A stretch of DNA of 40,206 bases from Catajapyx aquilonaris (taxonomy: Eukaryota): positions 1 to 40,206 of the forward strand of contig JYFJ02003557.1 of NCBI GenBank assembly GCA_000934665.2, in the 5' to 3' direction. This document shows, piece after piece, positions 22,898 to 35,012 of this stretch. Position 1 is the first letter of the stretch, and each line of letters begins with the position of its first letter. The position numbers and the translations under genes were made by a program. Below the pieces are notes generated by a model that saw only the letters and a list, made by a program, of their open reading frames with translations, was not told where the DNA came from and did not search any database.

Positions 22898-23650
22898 CCA
22901 TATTACCTCTCATATTGCGGCACGCTGGTATAAAACGAGGTTGACCAGCATGCCAGTATAACCCGGGGGTGGCCGGCATGCTGCAATACCCAAGGTAGAT
23001 TTCCATGATTTTGATCCTCGTCAAATTTTTTGGAATGCATCTGATACTGTACTAAAATAATGTTACAGTGAAAAATGTGCAAGTACAGGGCTGTGAGAAT
23101 GCAAGTTCATCTGTTTCACAGGGCATAGAGTCTGACCAATCCAACTGTCAGCCTGCTCTGAGAGGGGAACCCCCCTAAACATTACAAAGAATGCAAAGGA
23201 TCAATGCAAATTCCTTCAGTCCTTCGTTTTGCTATCAATAGTTCGCTGGTCGCGGAGCTCGTTGACAACCAAAGGATCACTTTGCGTACGGTAGTGGTAT
23301 TAATTTGTCTGAGAAGCCTCGTCACTCGGATAATAAAATCCAAACTAAACTTATGAAATATCCTGGTAGGTATGCTTCCCTTCTAGTAGCCTTGCACTTT
23401 TGATATTGAAAATGTTCCCGTAAAATTTGAACTTAACGAACAATCTTATGGGATGTGTCCGTACCGTAGAACATGGTGTAATGCATTCCTTTGAGTAATA
23501 ATAATTTTCATAGAGATCGTAAGAAAACCTCGCCTTATACCGGCAAACCACGCTTAGACTGGCATGCCGGTATAGCCACCAGATCAAGCATTTTTTTAAA
23601 CTGGTCGACCTCGCCTACACCGGCATGCCGCAATATAAGAGGTAATACAG
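22898..23650. mobile_element. pogo/Tc2-like non-autonomous element
   Basis: TIRs of about 35 bp: CCATATTACCTCTCATATTGCGGCAC... and CTGTATTACCTCTTATATTGCGGCAT...; TA on both sides. Confidence 0.75.
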
Positions 23651-23969
23651 TATTTGGATTTGGGAGAGCTCATTCCAAGATCAGCTGTTCTTCACTAAGG
23701 TGAAGTGGGTGTACTGTACATATTGTGTATAAGGAACCTCATAGCTACCTTGTACAATACATTATTCAACCTCACATTTGCTACTCTGCTTCCACTTCAT
23801 TATGGATAGCTATCCCCTTCTGCAATATGACTCCATTACACTTGAGATATTACAGGTATGACACATTCTGTTGAACATAATACAGCAAAGTGTAACCTTG
23901 AATGAGCAATAGCATCTTCGTCAATCTCAATAGTTTTTCCAAATGCATATGTGAATGTATACAGTATAT

Positions 23970-24235
23970 GAGCGGGTTAAAATCAAAAACCGACAGCTCC
24001 AGAAAATGAAAAAAATGAGTTAGCGCCAGAAATGCATTCCTCATGCCATGGACTACATAATACCTGAATATGGTATCAAAAACCCTACATATGTACATGG
24101 GAATAGCCGCTACATTCAAGGTATCTACGTTGACATATACGGCGAAACTGTAGGTTTTTCTCATTTTTCTCCGTTACGTCAAGAGCTCTTGGTTACGTTA
24201 TGACGGAGCTGTCGGTTTTTGATTTTAACCCCCTC
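23970..24235. mobile_element. Sola-like MITE
   Basis: 31-bp TIR GAGSGGGTTAAAATCAAAAACCGACAGCTCC (one mismatch); 4-bp TSD ATAT at 23966-23969 and 24236-24239. Confidence 0.8.
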
Positions 24236-24902
24236 ATATGTGGTGCAGCTGATGGAAACAATATTCAGTCAGTCATTCATTTCCTCACTGCATTATCCCA
24301 TGAATGGGGTAGTCAGCAATGAGCAGGTGAGCAGAACACCTTACCGTCATACATGATAATCCTGAGGTGCGTGGTCAGGTACAGTAATCTCTCTTGAGAT
24401 TATACAGCCTTGAAATCCAGACAAGTCATGTGATCTAGGGGCTACCAACTTCTTGTCCAGATGTACAAGGGTTAATGGTTACAGGTGTAGGTACCGTTGC
24501 ATACTTGCATGGTTGTTATTTCTTGACATGATACGTACAACTTGGAAGTTACTACTTCCTTGCATGTGATGCATAAGATTCGTCTCTTGAAAATAAATTG
24601 TCTGTGCATCATGTGGCCTCTCTGACTGGTTTTCAGGAGTGCCATACTAATTCTATGGTTCCTAGTTATTGTTTGGGTAGTAAGTGGTACTTGTATTTAA
24701 ATATTCCATATATGTATTGCCTTTTGGTTTGTCAATAACTATAGGTATTTTGTTCAGGCCAGTATAGGCATGCTGTTGGGTATAACCTGCCTCAAATTGC
24801 ATGTGCATAGCATCTTTACTCCATGTTCTCCTAACAAGCCATTTATTGTTAGATAAAGGTTAGTGGCAAGGTGCATTACATGTCATAAAAATGAAAGACA
24901 TA

Positions 24903-25010
24903 CAGTAGTAGAACCCCGATAATCCGTCACCCGAGGACTGGGGCATCGTCGGATAACCGAAAAGGTCGGATAATCCAAGGAGTAAATGAAACTATACGGA
25001 AACACAACAA
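24903..25010. mobile_element. Left terminus fragment of a Tigger-like element
   Basis: TA-CAGTA(GTA)GAACCCCGATAATCCG with GTCGGATAA repeats; partner end not found. Confidence 0.4.
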
Positions 25011-26840
25011 AAAATATTATGGTTTTCTAAGAAATAGGGAAGTATTTATCTTTTACATACACACACTATTGCAAGGGTTCCCAACCAGGGGTGTGAGGTG
25101 GGCCTTCTGGGGGTGTGGAGCAAGATGCCCCTGGACTTACAAGGCATGCTATATCCAAATGTCACTCACAGATTCCCAAGGCATGAAAAAATCATCTTAA
25201 GTTACCTGTTCAAAATGACCCTGTGTCCCCTTTTCGAGGGGGGCAGGGATCAACTTGTGAATGAGGAGTCTGAGATAAAAAAAACAGCCAATTCCAATTT
25301 TGGAATGTCTAACACAAATACTTTCCGAAATTATGTATTTTAATGTCATTGTGTATTAATTGCTCATTTGCGTATGTAGCTGAGCTGTGGCAACATGTGG
25401 ACGTAAAATGTTTCAATAAGATTACACAAGTGAAAACTGATGATTACTGAAGTAATCATCAGTTTTTGCTTATTTTGCTACCAGTTTTTTCAAGTGGAAA
25501 CATGGCTGTCTTTGATCTCAGATCCCTCAAATATCTGAAATTACATTTTTGTCAGCAACTTCAAGTAAATTTAATGGCAAATCATACTTAATGCACCAAT
25601 AAATTATAGACAAAATATATTGTGAAATGTGTGAAAACAAGCTCTTGGTGAAAATAATATCAAGCAGTTTATATGTGCTGACAACCAAAACATAAGGCAT
25701 GGAGAGGCCTATTTTGGAAACACTTCAGGATGGTGCAAAATTTGTCACAAGACGAGTAAATGTAGTCTGTATAGTATTGTAGCTTACTCTATCAAACTGT
25801 AAGTGATCCCAAATAAGCCTATAGGTTTGATAGGTAATCCAAGAGTTTTCAGCTAGCAATGTTCACAGCCTCACAGGGTATATTTAAGCTAATGAAGAAA
25901 TGTATGACAGCGTACAAATGGTTTCACACTTGACAAAACTGACTTGTGAAACAAAAAACAACAAGAGCAGAATTCACAATTGGGGGTTCAGAAGTGATAT
26001 TTGTTTGTAACCTCTACTAAGGCACGCTGCATTTAGGAAATAAAAAATAACCAATCTCGATTTAACGAAATTCCGTTATTACGAAAAAAAAAAAAAAAAC
26101 CGCCCCGTCCAGCCGGTTTCGTTGTAACAGCGAAAGAAATGAATCGAATGTCCGTTCACTCCGTTGGTGTGGTACAGTCGGGTACAGTACCGTAGGAGAG
26201 AAATGGCAGGGCTTGGAGAGCAGCGCCAGGCGGACGAAAGTGTAAACAAAAAGGGGGACTCTTCTGACGGGTCCGCGGCAAGCGGTTTAGTAGGCCTGTT
26301 TGGAACATCCGGTGGGGGCATACTGGGGGTTGCCTACATGGACGTCCGACCTCTCCGAAGTAGCTAGAAATATCCTGCTGCCCTGGCAACCTCGCTGCAT
26401 TTACTCCGTTCACTTGGAGATATTTTCCTGTTCGGGAAGGATTTGGTTTGTGATGGCGACGTGGGAGGCGATGTTTTCCGGCATCTCTTGTCCCTAACCG
26501 ACGTTCCATCCGGCTATTAGGCTTTCGGTGAGTGGGGCCGTCCCGCCGGAATTGGGGGCATTGACTGTTCCGCGAAAACACAATTTTCGCCAGTTCTCCC
26601 TTGCCTTTCCCAGCGAAGTGGTGTTCTTCATTACACCATTTATATCTCAGGATCATACCGTCCCAAGCTGTATAATTTGTATTCTGGGATGGTAAGAGAA
26701 TGTGGGGGGATTATAAGAAAATAAATTGGTGCAGGAGCTGAGAATTACTATCAGGCTGGCTCATGGAATAATGGTTATCCTGGAATGCATCTGGAATTAC
26801 TAGCATGTTTCTGAAGTTATTACTAGAATCGGTTCCTTAC

Positions 26841-27635
26841 TGTTTTCTGGTAACTGGCGTATGAAAATTGCACAATTTCCGCTATATTCGATGCGGAAAT
26901 CGTGCACTTTCCATACGCCAGTTACCAGAAAACATCCGCAATATGCAAGTTTCCGTTATACACAGGGTCCGTTGGGGACAGGTTTTACTTCCCATCTAAC
27001 TATATTCAGTGAAATCTGCACATGGCGGAAATGCACGGGATGATAAAATTTTCCGTAATGAGCAAGTTTCCGCTATATTCGACGGGGAAATCGTGTACTT
27101 TCCATACGCCCGTTACCAGAAAAATTCTGCAATAGGCCAAGTTTTTGTTATGTTCAGGGTCCGTTATGGACAGGATTCACTCTAGATAAATATGTAGTGA
27201 AACCTGTCCGCCCCCCAAAGCGAGCCCCCGGCTCGAGCACGGGGTAGAAAAAATAAATAAAAATAAAATAATAGTGAAACCTGTCCATAACGTACTCTGA
27301 GTGTTACAAAAACTTGTCCATTGCGGAATTTTTCCGGGAACGGGCGTATGCCTAGGACAAATACCGTATCGAATATAGCGGAAACGGCTGATATACCGTA
27401 CTTATGTACGACATCGTTAAATGGTTCGCGCGTGATCCGCAACAACAGCACCACTTTTTTTGCTCCCCCACTCTCTGCCATCTCTGCCCACAAAGCTTTG
27501 CGGCGTTGCAGCGTTCACTTATTCACTCTCTCCCGTTTGGTGCTGATGCCTAGGAAAATCGTAATTTTCAGCGGAAACTTGTCAATTACGGTTTTTTTAG
27601 GGCACCGTACTATTCTGCTATACACAGGTTTCACT
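26841..27635. repeat. Complex direct plus inverted repeat array (foldback-like element)
   Basis: A unit of about 115 bp at 26876-26989 and 27067-27181 (direct) and 27273-27384 (inverted); hairpin with 42-bp arms at 26841-26934. Confidence 0.75.
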
Positions 27636-27857
27636 GTATCCAAAAGAGAAAGTTTGTATGCATGTATGCTTGATTGTACAGGCAATGGGTTACCATAGTT
27701 ACCATGGTTGCCATGGTAACCCAGTTGCCGGGTAACCCTCGTTTCAAAAATAGTGATTCATAAAAATTCAGTGCGACAAAACGCACAAAATCCTCACACA
27801 TACAGTAGCCTAGAGTACCGTACCGGTACTTGACTTGCCGGTCCACATGTGGTGCAT

Positions 27858-28302
27858 TTGCCGAGTGTCCCTCATAGGGGACACCCGATTTCAACGCCAC
27901 CCTCAGACAAGGAAAGTAAAAAAATATGCCTATATTTCCACATCGACATCATCATTCATAAGTTTTCTAAGGGCCAGTTGCACCGGCCTCAGTATAACTT
28001 AGAACCTCTGGTATAACAAACAAAAAATAACTCATTATGTTAATCAACATTCGAGAATTAATTACTAATAGTCTTCGGAACGTGGAGGTGCAGCTGTTAT
28101 TTCCTGAGTTAAAATTCAAACACCTGTATCATTAAAATCTGAAGCAATATTGAGCAGGTTTGAACTTGTATCATTAGCTGGGACTCTACTGAAGCCCCCA
28201 TCACTACTGCCAGCTCTTTAGCAGCAGGAGAACCTGCGCAAAAAAATTTAAATGTAACAACTGTGCAGGTGTCCCCAATAGGGGACACTCGGCATATCTG
28301 GG
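27858..28302. mobile_element. piggyBac-like remnant
   Basis: Right end ...GGGGACACTCGGCATATCTGGG+TTAA; inverted motif TGCCGAGTGTCCC...GGGGACACC near 27859; left TTAA terminus missing. Confidence 0.45.
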
Positions 28303-28716
28303 TTAAAAAGGAGGATTAACTGGAGTTGGCCTTCCAATGCTCAGTTTGGAGTGCAGATAACAATTTGGGAGTGCCAATTGCACCATTGCATCCGAACATT
28401 TCGACCACTTGTAATGGCAGCAACTTATCCCGCCATCTCGCGTCAGTTGTTCGCGGTTTATTGCTGCCAGGATTTCCTTGGCGATGTCAGTAATCGAGCT
28501 TTTACATCCTGCGCTGTGCGATCACACATTTACACCCTCCTGCGAGTGCATTAGGGAGGTTCTAGTTAAGTTCTTAATTTTCCTGCGCTTTCCTGGGCAT
28601 GGCACAATCCCTCTACCTACTTTTATGCCAAAAATCACGGAGCATGAGGAATAACCCAGATATACCGGATACTGCCCTTCCCTGTTCCATACTCATCAAT
28701 TTCATAGTCAATCATT

Positions 28717-29047
28717 GGGGGGAGGTGTGGTGGCCGAGGTGGTAACGTCTCGGCTTGCTGAGTGAAATGTCCCAGGTTCGATCCCCGCCTGGGAGTTCCC
28801 TTTCACCTGTGTCGGGAGGGTCTCTGACCTGCACCTTGGAGGTGTCTGGCAACCTAACCTCCTGGGGGACTGCACATGGCCCAAACGTTTAAGACATTGC
28901 ACCTGCACAAGTGTCTCCTCCCCAACAATCCCTACCCTACAACCTGAAGTCCTGGCATGGTGATTGAAGAAAAACAAGTTTGAAAACTGATGGTGGTGTG
29001 CCACCCCCTATAACGACTTATAGTTGTATCACGGGGTAAAATAAATT

Positions 29048-29110
<63 letters not shown>

Positions 29111-29113
29111 TAA
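28717..29113 (+). mobile_element. tRNA-derived SINE, divergent relative of family 1 (tail type Y) with a long (TAA)n tail
   Basis: A box TGGCCGAGGTGG, B box GGTTCGATCCC, long (TAA)n; TSD core AGTCAATCA at 28706-28714 and 29114-29122. Confidence 0.85.
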
Positions 29114-29213
29114 AGTCAATCACCATCTTCTCCTTCACTTGTTGTTTACGCCAGGAGGCATGTGTAGTGCACAGGCTCTGACGGTCAATTGTCACTACTA
29201 GGCACTATTAGGC

Positions 29214-31638
29214 CAGTGATTTCCAACCTTTTACCGATTGCAACCCCCTAAACATGTTTCCATATATCCCCTCCCCCTGCATCCCCCCTTTTCCTGGCCT
29301 TTCTACAACTGCCCCCTTTCCAGAAAACATACACTCTGTACGCCTGCAAAAATGGTTCAATCGACACAAAAAGTAGATAATTTGGCGTAGGGCACCTAGA
29401 TAGTGTTTTTCAATTTTCTCCCTAGAAATGACCTTATGGCAAGTTGAAGTCAGCGGAAAACAGTGTTCCCGAAAAGTCCATTTAATTAACATGGGGGGAC
29501 AGAAGAGCGAGAAAATCACTCACTTCTGCGCCGGTATGACCGTATTTTAATGTAATCGTGTCGAGTATGGTGTTTTTCGATATTAATGATGCATTTCGCA
29601 ACAAAAACATTAAGTTACCTACGAAATGCATTAACAACTGGTAGTTTTTTTTTGGTTTACTACCACAAAAAAAAACAAAAAAAACACAAAAAACTGGGTA
29701 TTCTCCCTTGCACATCCAACCAGAAGTCCATCCATCTCCATCTTGAAATTTATCTTTAAATGTGCGATTGTAGCACAAACCAATGAGCTCCTCTTGTCCA
29801 TAAGCAGACAGCTTTTCACATGAAAACTCACTGCAGATATTTCGAACCTACTTGACCTCTGCAATGTCAATGTCACCATAATATTTCTCGATACCCTCCT
29901 TTTTTGCAAATTTGTGGGGTTGACTTGCTCTTGAGATTTTGCGCCACTTCCCTCGATTTTTTTCTTTTTTTTTTTCTCATTACCCCACGGGGGGAGTTAT
30001 ACTACTCCTTAGGGGGGGTGGGTTACCACCTTTGGAATTTGTTTTGGAGCGAGTTTAAGAAGAATCTTAATTAGTATGCTCCAAGGGTGGGTGGGAGGGG
30101 ATGTGCACAGTGCAAGTGCAATGTCTCTAATCGTCATTTTGTGAACTCCCCCGGGTGGCTTAGTCTGCCGGAAATTGCCACCCGAAATGAAGCCAGAGAT
30201 GGCCCAACTCTGCACGGATAAAGGTGGGAACCCCGGGTGGGGATTGAACCCGGGACCTTAATATCCGTGGGCACGCGCGTTACCGCGGCGCCACTTCATC
30301 TCCCCACTGCCCTCGATATACTCTTGAAGCCTATGAAACATGTCAAATGGAGATTGCTCCACTTTTTTCTACCAGCCAGAGTTCGAGATGGGCAATTCCA
30401 CGAAAGAGCAGACATGGGGTGCGGTTCTTACATCTTGACACAGTTGGAATCTGAGTGACTAAAACCGATAGCATGTGGACCATGGTTTCCTTAGCCATGT
30501 TAGTTTGTGACAGTATCATTCCCAACAACACAGTATTATTCCCAGAGTATCTAAGCGTGCACTCTGTGATATCCGTTCGGCTAATGCGCATTGCCAGCTG
30601 GTTATTCGCTGTACCAATATGTGAAAGGAAGAGAGACAGACGTCTTCATATAATTCAAGGGCACAAAATGCAACATCGATCTGTGCAATCACTTTGCTGT
30701 ATTCATGAATGTGTGACCTTCCACTGCCACACCAAAAGGTATCCAAAGGGCAAAAAACTGACCTAGTTCCTATTTCAGTGCAGCGGAGCCATTATAAGAT
30801 TGTGAATTCACAGACATTCCAATCTCCAAAAATTTATGCTACTCCCAGTAAATCGCTGTAGGTTGAACGTAACGATGCCGTGTGGTACGTAATGGGTGGA
30901 TATCTCAAATGTTTTCACGTTCAAAATGAGAATTCTCCCAATCTAATGGCATGATGAGGTTCCTCGCACCCTACTGCCCCACATGCACTTGAGCTTCGAA
31001 ACCTGTGCTGTCAAATTTCGCAGAGTTTCCCCCTAGTTGCATATACCCCAGAAACTGGTGTCCAATGACCGATGGTACGTAACGAGATTTCAGACAATCG
31101 CACATGCGTGGATGGCCATTGAATGAAATTTCCATGATGTCCCTCACCTTCACATTTCTGCGCTGCATCTGATTTTCATAACAGTTAATCTGTTACGGCA
31201 AGTACCTAGCCGCGGTGGATACAGCTTCCGATGGTCTGTACGTAATGCGTGGAATTGCCCAGATGTAATAAAAATGCACATTTTTTTTCATGCAAAGGAG
31301 TGTTGAGCACATTCCGCTCCTCAAACATATCTGCAAAATATGCCAGCTAACACAGTCATTTTCAGTCATTCCATCTGCTTCCCCTGGATAGCTGCTTTCC
31401 TTCAAATATAAGTGTAGGTTGAGCGGCTCGGTAGCAAGCTCAGTAGCGGGCCTACGCAGATAGAGGAGAGCATGAGGGCGAACACTGCCAGATTTCCCTT
31501 GCCAAACTATGGCTCAAACATGAAACTCATACACAGTATTCACTCATTTTTTATTATTAAATTAATCATTAGGTATTGCATATAAATTGCAAAAAACAGT
31601 TGAACCATATCTCCCAACCCCCAGGTTGGAAACCACTG
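29214..31638. mobile_element. hAT element (2.4 kb, degenerate) with a nested SINE and a possible transposase remnant
   Basis: TIR CAGTGRTTTCCAACCT; TSD TATTAGGC/GATTAGGC (7/8); minus-strand peptide fragments (SRYV...QFLGY; HYVP..I.TFNL) weakly recall hAT transposase motifs. Confidence 0.75.
29958..30305 (-). mobile_element. tRNA-derived SINE, family 1 (tail type Y)
   Basis: Head GGGGAGATGAAGTGGCGCCGCGG, B box GGTTCAATCCC, poly(A) tail; TSD ACTKCCCTCGAT at 29946-29957 and 30306-30317. Confidence 0.9.
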
Positions 31639-31804
31639 GATTAGGCTATCCATACTGGTTTGTAAAAAGCAGCTAATCGAACGACTGAAATTCCACCTTA
31701 AATGGTACTGCTAAAAGTGCCTACACAGTAACTAACTAATTGTTCTGAATAGGTGCTACTAGCGGAAAGACGGAAATTCGACCCCTTATGGGTGAGCTCT
31801 TTCT

Positions 31805-32095
31805 CAGCCCCCCACAACTCCCTGTCTTTTCCGTGCGCTTAGCAAGTCCCCTATCCTCGGATGTGGAGTCTGAATACCCAACTGTGGAGCCCTGTACCAA
31901 ATCGCATTCAGGTGGCTGGTGCTTGTGGATCTGCAAACTGGAACTGAATGGGATTGAACGCTTTAGGTAAGTCCAGTACGGTTCAGTAGTCGCCACCCGA
32001 AGGCGATTTGGTACAGTGAGCTACATCCGGGGATAGAGGACTGGCTAAGCGCACAGTCTTCCCCATATGGCTAGATAGGAAGTTGCCGGGGGCTG
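31805..32095. mobile_element. hAT-like fold-back MITE just upstream of gene C coding exon 1
   Basis: CAGCCCCC...GGGGGCTG termini; TSD CTCTTTCT/CTCTTTAT (7/8); extensive internal inverted complementarity, e.g. CTGTACCAAATCGC/GCGATTTGGTACAG. Confidence 0.75.
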
Positions 32096-32292
32096 CTCTT
32101 TATAGTAAAGTAATGGGAGAATTCTGAGTAGTGAGAAATATTGCGATTGAATGGGATGCAAAGTGGCCTAACTAACAGCTTATTTTTTTCTGCAAAAAGG
32201 GCACATTATAATGTACCCTTAATCTAATGTGGAGGGTATGAAAATTATAGTTAATGCAATACCACCATTTTCAGGCCATACAAGTGGACACA

Positions 32293-33333
32293 ATGGATGT
32301 AGCTAGCAGGCCTTCTCATTCCACTGCAGTCACTGTCCCCTCAGCTGAGGACTTGGACCTTACTACTGGTGACTATGGTGCTGCTCCTGGTGACTCGGCT
32401 CCATCTGGATCATTGCATAAGCGCTTGAGCAACTGCATGATTTGTGCAGTGAAGATTCCTGCCTCAACACGAGGCTGCCACAACATATTTCGTGAGAAGT
32501 GTGTTACAACAGCCTCACACTCACCTTTGTCAGTCAGGCTTGGAACCATTTTGGGAGTTTCTCTAAGTCAGTCCAAAGCACGCTCACACATGGTGTGTAA
32601 GAAGTGCTTTAAGCTGCTCAATGATGTAGACACAGTTGAGGTAAGCTTGGAGGCCATGAAGGATGACATACGCTGCAAATACAAGGGCAATGTGACATTT
32701 TGGAAGAGGTTTGAAAGTGGAAACAATGACAATGAGGAAGATCTGCCTGAGGGAAATATTCCTGATCACTTAGTTGAAATACAGCTGCCAGATGTACAGC
32801 TGCCCAAAGAACAACTGCCTCAGGAAAAACTGCCCAATGAAAAACTCCCCGAGGAAAAGTTGCCTGAAGAAAAGGTGCCTGAGGCAAAGCGGCGGCGCGG
32901 GCGACGAGCAAAGAATAAGTCGGCTGAATGTGAAGATATGGTTGAGACTGGTGAATGTGAAGGCTGCATAGATGGGCATGTGAAGGAAGATAGTGAATAT
33001 GATTTTGATGAAGATGACGATGATGAGGAGGAAGAGGAGGAGGAGGAGGGAGAGCATGATAGAGATGCAAGCAACTGTGGAAGTAATGCAAATATTACTA
33101 TTGACCCTCCTGTAGAACAAAAGGGCAGGCTGAAGTGTCAGAAGTGTCCTCGTTCTTTCCTGTGGTCTAAGTTGTTATCAGACCACATGAGTATAGCTCA
33201 CAGCCTGGAGCTCTATGCCTGTGAAGTCTGCCTAACTGAGTTTGATAAAAACTCATTGCTGATGTCACATTTGGAAGAACATGCTGCCAAGGAAGATCTT
33301 TTCATATGTTGCCCCTGTGAGAGGAGCTTCCAG
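32293..33333 (+). CDS. Gene C coding exon 1: ZAD, pentapeptide-repeat/basic/acidic linker, fingers 1-2 and first half of finger 3
   Basis: Acceptor ttttcAG ends at 32274 and ATG is at 32293. CMIC...HNIF...VCKKCFKLLNDVD ZAD pattern. Donor CAG|GTCAGT at 33333/33334, phase 0, 347 codons. Confidence 0.92.
32782..32886 (+). repeat. Coding 15-nt tandem repeat (7 imperfect (Q/K)LPxE units) in the gene C linker
   Basis: QLPDV QLPKE QLPQE KLPNE KLPEE KLPEE KVPEA. Confidence 0.85.
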
Positions 33334-33931
33334 GTCAGTCGGTCATTATACTTTGACTTAATCTAAGATATGTATTGTGTTCAGCTCTATAATAGTACTG
33401 ATATCAGAAGCCTTAAATTGTGACATTTTAGATAGTGTTGGCAGTCATTATTGCCCACTGTAATGTCAGTGCTATTCTAAGGCTGAATACATTATAGCCT
33501 TCATGTTTTCTGTCATTGGTGACCTCATTCTGAGGCCATGCCCTACCGTTGTACTTTGTGGCTGGCAGCACCAACCTGACATGGTAGATCTCACTACTGA
33601 GGGGTCCCTACAGTTAGGTTGGCCAGTTACATAGAATATATTTTCATAAGTACCATGTCAAGTGGCGCAAACTACATATTTGAAACTTCGTTATAACTGT
33701 TCATACTCCTCACATGACAATACTATTTTATAACATTTAATTGCGTCACATATTGGGTATTCAGAGTTGTTTGTTAATGTTTTGTTATTTGTTTTATTGA
33801 TATGAATTCTAGTTTATAGGTGGAGTTGACTTGCATCTCCGTCATTGCTGACTACCCATTATGCTGATTATAGGGAAGATGTGATGATGATGACATACTG
33901 GTTAATTACATATAATGAAAGTGTGGAAATG

Positions 33932-34261
33932 ATTTTTAATATTTACCCCGTGATGACCTGTTGGGTCTATAGGGGGTGGTGGATTACCACCATTGGTATT
34001 TGTTTTGGAGCGTGTAAGAGATTCTTATGAATTACTCCAAGGGTTGGTAGGAGGGGATGTGCAAAGTGCATGTGCGCTGTCGTTAATTGGTCATTTTGTG
34101 AACTCCCCCGGGTGGATTAGTCTTTAGGAAATTTCCACCCGAAATGAAGCCAGAGATGGCCCAACTCTGCACGGATAAAGGTGGGAACCCCGGGTGGGGA
34201 TTGAACCCGGGACCTTCATATCCGTGGGCGCACGCGTTACCGCGACGCCACTTCATCTCCC
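33932..34261 (-). mobile_element. tRNA-derived SINE, family 1 (tail type Y)
   Basis: Highly similar to 29958-30305 across head and body; TSD not resolved. Confidence 0.88.
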
Positions 34262-35012
34262 TACCAAAATGTCATTTACGATCAAGTCATATTGATGTCA
34301 AACGTGATGATAAACATTCAGCTCGTGTGTGAATTGAATACGAAGGTTAGTTGGAAATTAAGCTTCGCGGTGCTACAGTTTTGACGCCATGCGACGGACA
34401 GGGTAGAAACGAGCCTGAGCAGATACGTCAATTCTTCCGGTACTTTATAGGCTGGATAGACGCCTTCTTGCAGCTTATGCGCAGGAGCGGCAGCCATTGG
34501 ACGAGAACGATTTCCTGGCTCATTTTTTGTTTTCATACGTTGATTTTTAAGTTCATAATCTTGGACTAAACAAAGACATGATACCATTTGAGGGCCATGT
34601 AAACCAGGGTGTTACCGGCAATGTGTGAAATCCAGCATTTTATATAATGCCTAAAATGGGCCGGCAATGTATGAAATGATTCTTATTTTATACATTGCCT
34701 AGGCATTTTATATGATGCTTAAAGATAAGCCGACAATGCTTGGGTCCTTGTTCGGAGGTGGCCAAGCACGACAACTGGCCAAAGGTCAATTCGCTGCTGC
34801 CTTTTGGTTGCTGATTCAATTGCCTGCGGTAACAGTTGCTGGATCAAATGACTATGTATATGGACATAAGGTTTTTGCAGAATATAAATTAGAGTACATC
34901 AATACAAAGGAAGAAGGAAGCTGGGGGGTGGGGAGTGACTGGGACCAGTGGCTGTGTGGCAAAGCTGCAAGTGATCCAGGTTGCGTTAGAGCAGGGCCAG
35001 GCAACGTCAGGA

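Noticed and set aside
26156..26656. 166-aa minus-strand ORF
   Set aside because: No recognisable domain; lies in a GC-rich TE-like segment where long open frames arise by chance.
27686..27738. RFX X-box match GTTGCCATGGTAAC (27707-27720)
   Set aside because: Embedded in a run of GTTACC/GGTAAC subterminal-type repeats behind a CAGG start, so more likely a TE end than a ciliary-gene X-box; far from any supported TSS.
28932..29195. Poly-Tyr ORF; also the poly-Met/Ile and poly-Asn/His ORFs at 37992-38498 and 38154-38384
   Set aside because: Translations of microsatellite tails.
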